Shown here in pieces: positions 39,674-48,858 of a stretch of DNA of 64,000 nt. Within the stretch, counting starts at the first letter, position 1; every line of letters starts with the position of its first letter. The translations under genes and the position numbers were made by a program. This stretch comes from Deltaproteobacteria bacterium (lineage in GTDB: Bacteria > Bdellovibrionota_C > UBA2361 > SZUA-149 > JADLFC01), in NCBI GenBank assembly GCA_020845775.1, contig JADLFC010000116.1, positions 7,710 to 71,709 on the forward strand. Direction: 5' to 3'. Below the pieces are notes generated by a model. That model saw only the letters and a program-made list of their open reading frames with translations. It searched no databases and was not told the DNA's origin.

Positions 39674-40485
39674 TAAAACGATTCCCCCCCCTCGCGCAAG
39701 CTCTTTTCCACCCGTTCTAAATCTTCTGGGGTATCGATGCCAGACTGAAATGCACTGCCCGCGAGATTAACCCTTACTGCCTGAATTCGCATACCCGCCT
39801 CTAATATTCTAAGTTGCTCTAACCCCTCCAAGAGCTCGTAATGACTCAGTGGCGCATTGCAGAACGTCTCCAAAGAGTCTACGCGAAATCCATACACTCC
39901 CAAATGCTGATACACGGGCGACAGCTCATTTCCGCCTTCGCGCAAACGACTTTCATTGCGAATCGCTGGAATAATATTTTTTGAAAACCAAATTGCTGCA
40001 TCGTCGCTACTAACTATTACGGTAGTGCCACTAAAAGGTGTTACCTTCTTAGCTTCTCTCAAAAGGTCTAAGGCATCCCATGTTAGTTGATGAACAGGTG
40101 TAAATACATCTATACTACTGTTTGCACGAAACGCTGTTATTAAGGCAATAATCACCTCTGGCGGAGTAAATGGAGCATCCCCCTGCAGATTAATTACGAA
40201 ATCTGGCTTCTCATCTAACTGAGTGACCGCAGCTAAAACGCGATCCGAACCACTCCGGCAATTCTCCGGCGTAATATAACAAGGCGCTCCTATTCCCCTC
40301 ACATGTTCTTCAATGCGCTTATCATCAGTTGCTACAAAATAAGCAACATCTCTAACTTCACTAGCAACTCTCCTTGCAACTGACAAAACGCGCTCTATCA
40401 TGCTCTGACCGCCTATTTTTGCCAACGGTTTGCCAACAAAACGGGTCGATCCATAGCGCGCTGGAATGCCAATTACAATTTTCAT
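39673..40485 (-). CDS. kdsB: 3-deoxy-manno-octulosonate cytidylyltransferase (CMP-KDO synthetase)
   Basis: IVIGIPARYGSTRFVGKPLAKIGGQSMIERV is the canonical KdsB N-terminus. Confidence 0.85.
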   Translation of the reverse strand: MKIVIGIPARYGSTRFVGKPLAKIGGQSMIERVLSVARRVASEVRDVAYFVATDDKRIEEHVRGIGAPCYITPENCRSGSDRVLAAVTQLDEKPDFVINLQGDAPFTPPEVIIALITAFRANSSIDVFTPVHQLTWDALDLLREAKKVTPFSGTTVIVSSDDAAIWFSKNIIPAIRNESRLREGGNELSPVYQHLGVYGFRVDSLETFCNAPLSHYELLEGLEQLRILEAGMRIQAVRVNLAGSAFQSGIDTPEDLERVEKSLREGGESF

Positions 40486-40503
40486 ACAACTTCTAACCCC
40501 GTC

Positions 40504-41490
40504 CTAACTGAGTCTGAGATTATCAATATAGAAACTCCTCCTAGGTTCATTTTTTCCAGTAAATAATATCAAGCGATCTATCATTCTGGTGTTAAGCTTT
40601 CGCCTTCGCGGCCCGTTCTCAATCTCATCCATCCCAATTTCAATCTTGTTTAACCCACTCGAAAGCGGATAGGCCTTCTCAAATCTCATTCCGTACTTAC
40701 TTACATCTCCATCGTCATCAATCCTAACATGAAGAACAAACGGCTCGGCTGGATTATTCACATCCAGCGATAGCTTGCTAAATTGATGCCAATCTAAATT
40801 GCTAGCTCTATACGCAATGCCAGCCCAAGAACCGCCACCAGTATGCACGGCTAACGAAAGATTAGCATGTGTAGCATTATCTCTAGTCAGGGAAATCCTC
40901 GTTGGCTCGCCTTTTCCACCGGCTTGAGTTCTCCACAGCGAGAGCTCAATTTCGTCTTCAAAATCTGCCAACACTGGAAAATTCGCATCGCGCCACGAAA
41001 TCACTTTCCACTCATGCCAGGCTGGACGAAGTGCATTTACGACTATCAATACACTTACGAGAAAATAAAACAATTTTAGCGTTCTCGTATCTTGCTGATT
41101 CCAAAGCCATAAACCACTAAGCGCAATAAGGATCCCAAAACCGCCGTTTATGAAGTCCTCCAAACTAGCAGTTCGACCCACGAATGGTTGAACCTCTTCT
41201 ACCAGAAGCGCCAACAACATACTCACAACGAGCGCCGATACATATCGCCGCGAAGCCATTCCCTCTACGGCTAAAAAAATATTATAAAATACCAACGCTA
41301 CGAAGCCAAATAGCAATAAGTGCCCAGCATCGAGCAACTCCTTCCAAAAAACCTCATTGTAGCTAATGCTAAATGGATAAAACGCAAGAAAAAACACTAC
41401 TAAAAACGCGAGAATACTTGCGCCCATTCCGAGTGACCTACGATTTAAACTTTGATCCATTCCACTCATCTGCACAGGGGCGTCACACAT
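40504..41490 (-). CDS. VanZ-family membrane protein with a C-terminal soluble extension
   Basis: VanZ-like motif EEVQPFVGRTASLEDFINGGFGILIA after about four transmembrane helices; C-terminal roughly 170-aa beta-rich domain. Confidence 0.5.
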   Translation of the reverse strand: MCDAPVQMSGMDQSLNRRSLGMGASILAFLVVFFLAFYPFSISYNEVFWKELLDAGHLLLFGFVALVFYNIFLAVEGMASRRYVSALVVSMLLALLVEEVQPFVGRTASLEDFINGGFGILIALSGLWLWNQQDTRTLKLFYFLVSVLIVVNALRPAWHEWKVISWRDANFPVLADFEDEIELSLWRTQAGGKGEPTRISLTRDNATHANLSLAVHTGGGSWAGIAYRASNLDWHQFSKLSLDVNNPAEPFVLHVRIDDDGDVSKYGMRFEKAYPLSSGLNKIEIGMDEIENGPRRRKLNTRMIDRLILFTGKNEPRRSFYIDNLRLS

Positions 41491-41495
41491 TCAAT

Positions 41496-43190
41496 CTATC
41501 CTGGAATCTCTACTAACAATAGCTTGTCTCTACCGTCCGCAGCAGCAGTATCGCTACGCGCTAACACTCGAATGCCAGCATATTTCTCTCGAAGGTTATC
41601 CAAATAATTCTCAGCTGTTATGAGATAGGTTACTCGATCTGTGCTACCTCTGCGAGATATGTCAGGCACGCTTTTGCCATAGTAATATATGGCTGAATAA
41701 TAATCAGCGCCATATTTATAGAGAATTTCATCTTTTGGCACAAATCGGCGAGCGTTACTCATGAAATCCTTTGGCGATCTAGCTTCGGAAAAGACTGGAA
41801 AGAAGTAGCCATTTACCGCAGTTATTAAGACCAACATTGCAAACCCCAAATACGAGGCACTTTGAATTAATTTTCTCTTCCAACAAGTTCTCGCACTACA
41901 AAAAAAAGACACCGCTGCAATAGACGATATACCGGCTAACAAAGGCTTAGCTAAAATCATCGCTACGACTTCTCGGACATCTTCATTAATATCAGCACGG
42001 AGATTAAGATACACAGATAACGGAGCCACTGCCAGCAGGAGAACAAACAAAACAAAAAACAGAGTAGAAGCAATTCTACGCGATATTTTATAATCCGCCT
42101 GCTCGCCCATCACCGAAAGCAGAACATGCGCTAACAAATACGCCGCTGCTGGGAACGCCGGCAATAAATAAACCTCTCGCTTGCTTATACTAAGAGTAAC
42201 TACAAGCAAGAAAACTAAAACGATAACCAAGGAGTACAAAACTCCGTCTGGACACACAGCACGCAAATTCCTAATATTTTTCCAACACCAGCATACTACG
42301 AGAGGGAAAAAGACACTCCAGGGGAAAAAACTTATAAAAAAATAAATACCGCTAAAATAAAAAGGCTTCTCATGTCCTCTATCGGCCCCCTCAACTGAAA
42401 CTACTCTAGCTACATTTTCTTTTAGGAGCTGAAGATTAATAAACTCCATTCCAGCTTCGCAATACGCTAAATAATACCACACACCCGCAAGCAGCGTTGA
42501 TGACACAATCATCAGTGCTGCTTGAGAAAGGAAACGAAGGCGAAAGAAATCGGCAATCGGCCTTTTATTAGTAGCGGCCATATACAATACTGCCACTGTC
42601 CATGGCAATATTAGGCCTGCGGGGCCTTTAGATAGCACTGCAAAGGCAATTGTTATTATACTCGCACTCACGGCAAAAAACGATTGCTTCGCACCTCTTT
42701 GCCAGTTTTTTATATTTGCAAACAGCGATATAGACGCCGCCAAAAACCAAAAAGCAAAGCACATATCCACCCTGGCATGACTGGCACTTCGGCTCCACTC
42801 AAAGGAAGTGGCGAGAATTAGCGACGACAAAAGCGCCGCCTTAAAATTGTCAACACGAGATATAAAACCAAAAAACAACCCTAACCCTACAGCCGCACAC
42901 AATGCTGATGGAAAGCGTATGGCGAACTCATTTAGGGTGCCGCCTTGCAGAATACGAGACGAGAGAACGGCCATCCAGTGAAACATTGGGGGTTTAGACG
43001 GGATATCTAAGCCATTTCGCAATGGCAACACATAATTGCGCTGCTCAAGCATCGCACTTACAACTAACGCTTCTCTACCCTCTCCCCTGGTATAAAAAGG
43101 GCGTCTATCCAAAGTGCTCGAGTAAAATATGATGAACGTAAGAAAAACAAGAAAGGAGCCAATTGCAATTTTAATATTTTTATTCTTCAC
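41496..43190 (-). CDS. GT39/PMT-family glycosyltransferase (ArnT-like undecaprenyl-phosphate sugar transferase)
   Basis: N-terminal ArnT/PMT signature YTRGEGREALVVSAMLEQRNYVLP...KPPMFHW; more than 10 transmembrane helices. Confidence 0.7.
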   Translation of the reverse strand: MKNKNIKIAIGSFLVFLTFIIFYSSTLDRRPFYTRGEGREALVVSAMLEQRNYVLPLRNGLDIPSKPPMFHWMAVLSSRILQGGTLNEFAIRFPSALCAAVGLGLFFGFISRVDNFKAALLSSLILATSFEWSRSASHARVDMCFAFWFLAASISLFANIKNWQRGAKQSFFAVSASIITIAFAVLSKGPAGLILPWTVAVLYMAATNKRPIADFFRLRFLSQAALMIVSSTLLAGVWYYLAYCEAGMEFINLQLLKENVARVVSVEGADRGHEKPFYFSGIYFFISFFPWSVFFPLVVCWCWKNIRNLRAVCPDGVLYSLVIVLVFLLVVTLSISKREVYLLPAFPAAAYLLAHVLLSVMGEQADYKISRRIASTLFFVLFVLLLAVAPLSVYLNLRADINEDVREVVAMILAKPLLAGISSIAAVSFFCSARTCWKRKLIQSASYLGFAMLVLITAVNGYFFPVFSEARSPKDFMSNARRFVPKDEILYKYGADYYSAIYYYGKSVPDISRRGSTDRVTYLITAENYLDNLREKYAGIRVLARSDTAAADGRDKLLLVEIPG

Positions 43191-43746
43191 TACTCAAATT
43201 TAGTTTTTCCAGTTCCTGTCTTTTTTTTGCAAGATATTGCAGCTTATATAGCTCCTTAAAACGCCTATCGGGGCCAGAAGCCATTTTTGCAATAGCTCTG
43301 AAATACTCATCAGCCTCATCCGCCTCCGCTTCGCGTGCGCCCGCCCCTATTAACATGGACGCAATGCTTGTATGCCCACAAACTCGCGCTATCGAAAGAA
43401 CTGGCAAATCAATTACCTCCTCCTCATAGGGAAAACCGTAATTCTCAAAAATTCTTTCTTGCCATTTTTTTGATAGTTTGGATATATCTACCGCCAAATT
43501 AGGATTCATCCCTGCCGTCAAAAACAAATTAACGCTTAACTCATCCCCTTTAATAATTTGAGTAACAAAATCGCTCTCGACAAACTCCAAACCTATCTCA
43601 CTTAACTTGCGCCTTGCTTCAAAAACAGAATCTTCCTGCTTGCAGGCGGCAAAAACTATCGACATAACCAAGCATAAAACAAATTGGAAGCGAATGCGCC
43701 TCATAAATCCCCTACTCATCGAAAACACCTGCCAGAAACGGCTCAA
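43180..43746 (-). CDS. Lipoprotein with ankyrin-like repeats. The start is possibly at 43704
   Basis: Signal peptide with lipobox VFAAC; ankyrin-like segments LFLTAGMNPN and LSIARVCGHTSIASMLIGAGA. Confidence 0.4.
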   Translation of the reverse strand: MSRFWQVFSMSRGFMRRIRFQFVLCLVMSIVFAACKQEDSVFEARRKLSEIGLEFVESDFVTQIIKGDELSVNLFLTAGMNPNLAVDISKLSKKWQERIFENYGFPYEEEVIDLPVLSIARVCGHTSIASMLIGAGAREAEADEADEYFRAIAKMASGPDRRFKELYKLQYLAKKRQELEKLNLSSEE

Positions 43747-44758
43747 GTTTCTCGGCCATATATTTCATATCCGCACCACTTACAGCAGACTTGCCATAGT
43801 TAAGCGACTTGCCGACGACTCCACCTAATGCCTTATCCACACTTGTTTCAGCTTGGCTTAGCAAAGGTTCGAACTTAATAAATAGTTCAGCAGTTTCCGC
43901 AGCAGACTTATCTCTAAGTTCCGTTACTGAAACACTATCCCCTATTCCAGTAACAGGATTCTTGTAAGATATCGGCGAACTAAACAACTTTAAATCACAT
44001 TGGCGATTAAAGGAGAATAAGACATCGACGTCTTTTATTCTTCCCGTCAGCCTACTAAACAATCTAACAAGTGCTCCCAAAGGATGATTATAAAAAGCAC
44101 GCTGGCAAAATGCTAAACATTTAATACTTTTCTGCCACGCGCTCTCTCTGCTGGCCTTTGTCTTGTATTCATCGGGATTCAAGTCGTTGCCGCTTAAATC
44201 CTCTATACTTATCTCTGCAAGCAATGCACAAATGGGTTCTAAATCAACTCCAATTTGTCTAATAAGACTCCCTACAAACAAGTCCCCTGTTACGCCAGCT
44301 CTTCGGCGAAACCAAGCATCCATATAAACTTCGAACAAACGATGCAGCGTTTGCGCTCGCGCCCTCTTTTTTATATCCTCATCATTATAGTTTCCCGTAA
44401 AATAATAGACAACGGGATGGAAATTAACATCGGCCACATAATGACTAACCATCCCTAGAAGAAGCGCCCAACAAACAAACCTCTGGCGGGCGTCCTTCAT
44501 CTCAACAATGCTCATCGCAAGTTTCTTTAGCGGCAAAAATGTGTCTTCTGAATGCAGTCCATGCAAGTATTCCGCATAAGCGGTAAAGTGCAGATCTTTC
44601 CCCCAATCCGCATAATAGGGAGCATCGTGCACAACTGCTCCAAGACGCGCAACGGCGTTAAACTTATGCAGACAAATATCAACCACCTCTGCGTTGCGCC
44701 CAGCAAGCTGAGCCATAGCTGAATGAAGAACATCCCAATGAACGATTTCGCGTGGCAT
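43712..44758 (-). CDS. Hypothetical His-rich protein, possibly a zinc-dependent phospholipase C / S1-P1 nuclease-like fold
   Basis: His/Asp clusters HWDVLHSAMAQL, VVHDAPYY, HGLHSED and SHYVADVNFHP; 348 aa; co-directional with the alpha/beta-hydrolase gene. Confidence 0.3.
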   Translation of the reverse strand: MPREIVHWDVLHSAMAQLAGRNAEVVDICLHKFNAVARLGAVVHDAPYYADWGKDLHFTAYAEYLHGLHSEDTFLPLKKLAMSIVEMKDARQRFVCWALLLGMVSHYVADVNFHPVVYYFTGNYNDEDIKKRARAQTLHRLFEVYMDAWFRRRAGVTGDLFVGSLIRQIGVDLEPICALLAEISIEDLSGNDLNPDEYKTKASRESAWQKSIKCLAFCQRAFYNHPLGALVRLFSRLTGRIKDVDVLFSFNRQCDLKLFSSPISYKNPVTGIGDSVSVTELRDKSAAETAELFIKFEPLLSQAETSVDKALGGVVGKSLNYGKSAVSGADMKYMAEKLEPFLAGVFDE

Positions 44759-44781
44759 TTTCTCTCCACCATCTCACAATA

Positions 44782-45621
44782 CTACCGATTGCCAGAGGCA
44801 ATTTCAAGAAACTCACAAATTACCTCAAATGCAACCGCATGGCTATGACCAATCGGCAACTCGTGCTGACCATGGGGGAAAAAATGAATTCTTGCCACCT
44901 CACTAGAGACACTTTGGGCGATAATTTGAGACGAAAACAACGACAGATGATGGTCAAAGGGATCCTGCAATAACAGTATGGGACAACTCAAACTCCCCAA
45001 TTTGCTCGACACCATGCGTCTAATCTTGCCCAAATATCCCAGCGCAGTCAGAGAATGTTCTGGGAAGGCGTTATGATGATATGCCAGGTAATTCTGTGGA
45101 CGTCTCGATTTTTTTATTACTCCCAAAACTTGCAAGAACATATCCGGCATATACGACACTGCATGAAGCAAGCAGTCTTTTACTGGAGATTCTAATTTAT
45201 AAGGCGTCGATATCGCACATACGCCCTTGAGTTGCTGAACAGAAAAATGAGTAGCTAGATAAAGTGCTAAAAGCGACCCAAGAGAAAGACCTATGACATA
45301 AAGGTTTTTGCTTGATGATGTCTCTAACAATTTATAAGCTTCGAGAAGTGCTCTCTCTACATCAGAGAGCCAAAGGCTGTAATGCGTTTGTTTTAGTTGA
45401 GAGACATCCTTGCCGTGTCCACTTAGGCGCGGAACAATAAGGCTATAATTTCTAGCGTGCAGGAACTCAGCCAAAACTCGCATTTCGGAAGGAGTAGCGG
45501 TAATGCCATGAAAAAGAATTACCACCCCTTTTGTTAATTGGGCATGTTTTTGAGGGAGCAAAAAACCTTCCGAGCTATCGATGATACTCGGCAAGGGAGC
45601 ATAGTGAACTGGTTCAAACAT
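44782..45621 (-). CDS. Alpha/beta-hydrolase (esterase/lipase-like)
   Basis: Nucleophile elbow GLSLG (GXSXG); LFHGITATP...RLSGHG lipase/carboxylesterase-type N-terminus. Confidence 0.65.
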   Translation of the reverse strand: MFEPVHYAPLPSIIDSSEGFLLPQKHAQLTKGVVILFHGITATPSEMRVLAEFLHARNYSLIVPRLSGHGKDVSQLKQTHYSLWLSDVERALLEAYKLLETSSSKNLYVIGLSLGSLLALYLATHFSVQQLKGVCAISTPYKLESPVKDCLLHAVSYMPDMFLQVLGVIKKSRRPQNYLAYHHNAFPEHSLTALGYLGKIRRMVSSKLGSLSCPILLLQDPFDHHLSLFSSQIIAQSVSSEVARIHFFPHGQHELPIGHSHAVAFEVICEFLEIASGNR

Positions 45622-45635
45622 GAATAGTAGACCAA

Positions 45636-46373
45636 ATGGGCATATTTAAGCGCAGAAAAACTTTCGCGGATTCATATAAGCTCCCTAAAGTGGACCTATC
45701 AAAAAAAATAGGCAGTATGGCTTTTTTCTTAGCTATACCTAGCATTTTTATTCTGCTCATCCTTTCATTATCAGCTCTTTATACGATGCTATCAAATATC
45801 GGGATAGACAAAAAAAACGGCTCATTGTTTTGCCTTGGGTTTTTCGCTGGCTTAATTCTTCTTAGTCAAAGTTCGAAATGGCTTAGGACACTCTTACACG
45901 AAGTCAAACACGCAGCGATGATAGTTATTAGCGGAAACATACTAACCGATCTTCAAGTGCACGAACAAGGAGGCCATGTGATGCATAAGACCTACAAGGA
46001 CAAGAAACATTTCGGTCCGTTTATCTCACTTGCCCCTTATTTTTTCCCGTTTTTCTCCCTACCTACTCTAGTTGCCGGTCTTGTTCTTGACACTTATGCT
46101 AATACCTTGTTTGCATCATTACTTGGCGCAGCGGTAGCTATCGACATAGTTTCTGCTTATCGCACGCTAAGCCCGCGACAAAGCGACATACAGCGCATAT
46201 TCGGCGGAGTAATTTTTTCATACTTCTTTATCTTTGGATTCAACATTCTATGGATCCTACAGTGCTTGATATGGATTCAAGGCGGCCGAGATGGGTTTGT
46301 CATACTAGGATACAAGTTACTCGACGTATCCGAATTATTATCCCAATACGTAAGGGAATTTCTCTCAGATTAA
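45636..46373 (+). CDS. Membrane-embedded putative zinc metallopeptidase (M50B-like / DUF3267-like, HExxH)
   Basis: HEVKH (HExxH) motif between transmembrane helices; about six transmembrane segments; 245 aa. Confidence 0.45.
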   Translation: MGIFKRRKTFADSYKLPKVDLSKKIGSMAFFLAIPSIFILLILSLSALYTMLSNIGIDKKNGSLFCLGFFAGLILLSQSSKWLRTLLHEVKHAAMIVISGNILTDLQVHEQGGHVMHKTYKDKKHFGPFISLAPYFFPFFSLPTLVAGLVLDTYANTLFASLLGAAVAIDIVSAYRTLSPRQSDIQRIFGGVIFSYFFIFGFNILWILQCLIWIQGGRDGFVILGYKLLDVSELLSQYVREFLSD

Positions 46374-46380
46374 GAAATGT

Positions 46381-46608
46381 TTATTCCTCTTGAGCCTTAT
46401 TCCAATAACCCTCTAGAGTCTCTGCTATTTTGCTTAATCGCTGGAAATACTCATTCTGCCAGCGAGGACCCAAGTACTCCCAACCCATGCACGAAAAAGT
46501 ATATATGAGCCAAATCACAAAAAACCACATAATCCATGAAAAAAAGTCAACAACGATATATGATCTGTCGTGGTCGACTTTTTTGACTCCCACTTTCTCT
46601 TTATCCAT
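46381..46608 (-). CDS. Small single-pass membrane protein (hypothetical)
   Basis: 75-aa ORF with a Trp-rich transmembrane segment FFSWIMWFFVIWLIYTF; fills the gap between two + strand genes. Confidence 0.25.
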   Translation of the reverse strand: MDKEKVGVKKVDHDRSYIVVDFFSWIMWFFVIWLIYTFSCMGWEYLGPRWQNEYFQRLSKIAETLEGYWNKAQEE

Positions 46609-46667
46609 ACTTTTGTTATTACAATACGCGTCACTAAGGCGATACAGTAAAGTATTTTAACACAAAT

Positions 46668-47681
46668 ATGCCATCCTCTAGTTCCATACCCGTTTCACAA
46701 TCTTCGGACCCTGCCATCGAATTGGCCGGTGCTGCGCCCCGCCTTCTCGCTGCCATAGTTGATTATTTGGTATTAAGCGCATTTCTGTCATTGATAAGCC
46801 GCGTGGCCAATATTTTTGACTGGGGTTTTGTTTTGACACTTCTCATTACTGGCCTGTATTTTACCTTGGGACATTCCAGATTGGTAAGCGGCCAAACTTT
46901 AGGCAAGAGGTGTTTTGGCCTTAGAGTAGTAAATGCGAATACTGATTCTCGAGAAGCTATCTTCCTTAGCGCGGGACAAGCCCTTATAAGATTTTTTTTG
47001 ACATACGGTGCATTAATACTAGTTGCAGAAGTTCCGCCGATAGCGTTTAGGAAACTTGAGATAGTTGCACCTCCAGCATTACTCGAGCTTCACGTATTAG
47101 TGGTGTTGTCGTATCTCTTCTCCAATATTGCATGCGCGCTATTTAGCAAAACTCATCAGGGAATTCACGACGAGTTGGTTGATAGTTTGGTTTTAAGAAC
47201 AAAATCCGAAACGACGGATGAAAATATCCGAGAATTTACGAAATCGCTTTTAAATAACGACTGTTTGCGACAGACTTCGCTCAATAGACTATTGGCAATA
47301 CTCGGGGGTTGTTTCGTCGCCATATTACTTTGGCTTGCTGGAACTATCTTGCCAGCCGATCTCCGCTCGTTTTATAGCCGCAGATATGAATTTGAAAACA
47401 ACTTTCCGATTCGGACTATGAACATCTTATCATCAGGTAATAATACCCTTCACGTTTCGGCTATAATATTGCCACAAAACTCTGTCGTTGGCTCACCTAG
47501 CGAAAGCGCCTCAGAACTACTAGTAAGAGCCACTAAATTCTTAGTAGAGCGAGAAGCTATAGATGTTAAGTCTTTTGAGGCTGTTAACTATAGCGTAACT
47601 ACCTTTAACTCGAACTCTGAAGTATCCGAGGAAAAAGTAAGAGTAACGACGGACACATATAGCACTAGCTCTTTTAATTAG
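46668..47681 (+). CDS. RDD-family membrane protein with a long C-terminal extension
   Basis: RDD motifs PRLLAAIVDYLVL and GQTLGKRCFGLRVV. Confidence 0.55.
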   Translation: MPSSSSIPVSQSSDPAIELAGAAPRLLAAIVDYLVLSAFLSLISRVANIFDWGFVLTLLITGLYFTLGHSRLVSGQTLGKRCFGLRVVNANTDSREAIFLSAGQALIRFFLTYGALILVAEVPPIAFRKLEIVAPPALLELHVLVVLSYLFSNIACALFSKTHQGIHDELVDSLVLRTKSETTDENIREFTKSLLNNDCLRQTSLNRLLAILGGCFVAILLWLAGTILPADLRSFYSRRYEFENNFPIRTMNILSSGNNTLHVSAIILPQNSVVGSPSESASELLVRATKFLVEREAIDVKSFEAVNYSVTTFNSNSEVSEEKVRVTTDTYSTSSFN

Positions 47682-47695
47682 CCTGCCCAAACATT

Positions 47696-47747
47696 TATAC
47701 CATTTACAAAAAGTAAAATATTTAACTTACTTTTTGGAAACGGTATA
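47696..47747. repeat. Deletion derivative of the composite repeat: left half of hairpin A fused to right half of hairpin C, forming a 52-nt imperfect palindrome
   Basis: TATACCATTTACAAAAAG joined directly to TAAAATATTTAACTTACTTTTTGGAAACGGTATA; directly downstream of the RDD gene stop. Confidence 0.75.
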
Positions 47748-47768
47748 GTCTTGTAGTAAAATAGGCCT

Positions 47769-48599
47769 ATGTTATCTGCTTTAGTTTTTAGCTCAAACCA
47801 AGTCGCCAGCGCATTGCTTGAAAAAACGGCTCGCAAGGAAGGGATAAATTGTCAAATCGCCTCTACAGCTGATGAGGCTTTAGAGGCTCTATCCACTGAG
47901 ACCTTTAATATCGCACTTATTGACTACGCGTCGGCAAATATAGCTGAGTCATTAAAACTATTTACCGCTGGATGGGCGTTTAATCCTCTCATGGTAGCTT
48001 GTATCTTTAGCCAAACGGAGGAGATTCCACAGAAGTGGGACGCTGTGCTAGCTGGCGTAAAGGTATTTTCTGGGAAAGAAGCTTTTACGGAGATCCAGCA
48101 GGCGCTTAGAGAATTAGCAAATCATACGCCAACAGTGGGAGACTTCGGCATTTTACTAGTGGAGGATCTTGATTCTCCTCGAGATATAATTTCAGCGTAC
48201 ATAGAAAGTATGGGCTTTCCTCACCTCACTGGCGTAAGTGGAGCTACAGATGCCTTAAGAGTACTCGAAAACTCGCCGGGATCGTATTATTGCATTATTA
48301 CGGACATCAATATGCCGGGGATAAGTGGGATTGAATTAATGAAAGCAGTTCGTTCAGATGACCGCTTTCGCCATCTGCCGATTATAGTCCTCACAGCTTA
48401 CGGCACTCCGGCGAATTTAATAAATTGCATAAAAGCCGGCGCTACTGGTTTCTTAGTAAAGCCATTTAAGAAAAAAGCGATGCGAGAGGAGCTCGAAAAA
48501 GCAAAGCGAATTTTTACCAATAGACAAAGCCCACGCCTGTGCAGCCCAGACGAAGCCCATATGCTAGAAGAAGCCCTTCATCGCAAGGGACTTCTGTAG
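47769..48599 (+). CDS. Response regulator with two receiver domains (degenerate N-terminal REC plus canonical C-terminal REC)
   Basis: C-terminal REC motifs LLVEDLD, IITDINMPGISG and IVLTAYG; N-terminal IALIDY...LMVAC receiver-like region lacking the canonical acidic pocket. Confidence 0.7.
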   Translation: MLSALVFSSNQVASALLEKTARKEGINCQIASTADEALEALSTETFNIALIDYASANIAESLKLFTAGWAFNPLMVACIFSQTEEIPQKWDAVLAGVKVFSGKEAFTEIQQALRELANHTPTVGDFGILLVEDLDSPRDIISAYIESMGFPHLTGVSGATDALRVLENSPGSYYCIITDINMPGISGIELMKAVRSDDRFRHLPIIVLTAYGTPANLINCIKAGATGFLVKPFKKKAMREELEKAKRIFTNRQSPRLCSPDEAHMLEEALHRKGLL

Positions 48600-48858
48600 G
48601 TTGTCCATAACACATTGCAATCATTGCGCTTTTTGTCTCCGCGCCTCCTTCTAAAAAAGTCGCCCAGACATGTTCCACTTAATTAAGCATCGTCACAGAT
48701 ACAAGTATAAAGCGGGTTGGCATTTTAACCGATAGAAATATTATATGTTATAAAAACTCAATAAAAAGAGTCGAGCAATAAACATAGCGAGTTAAGCAGC
48801 GGTAACTAATTGATATAATAGCATATTTCAATAACTAACCAGTGGCATAAAAAGGATC

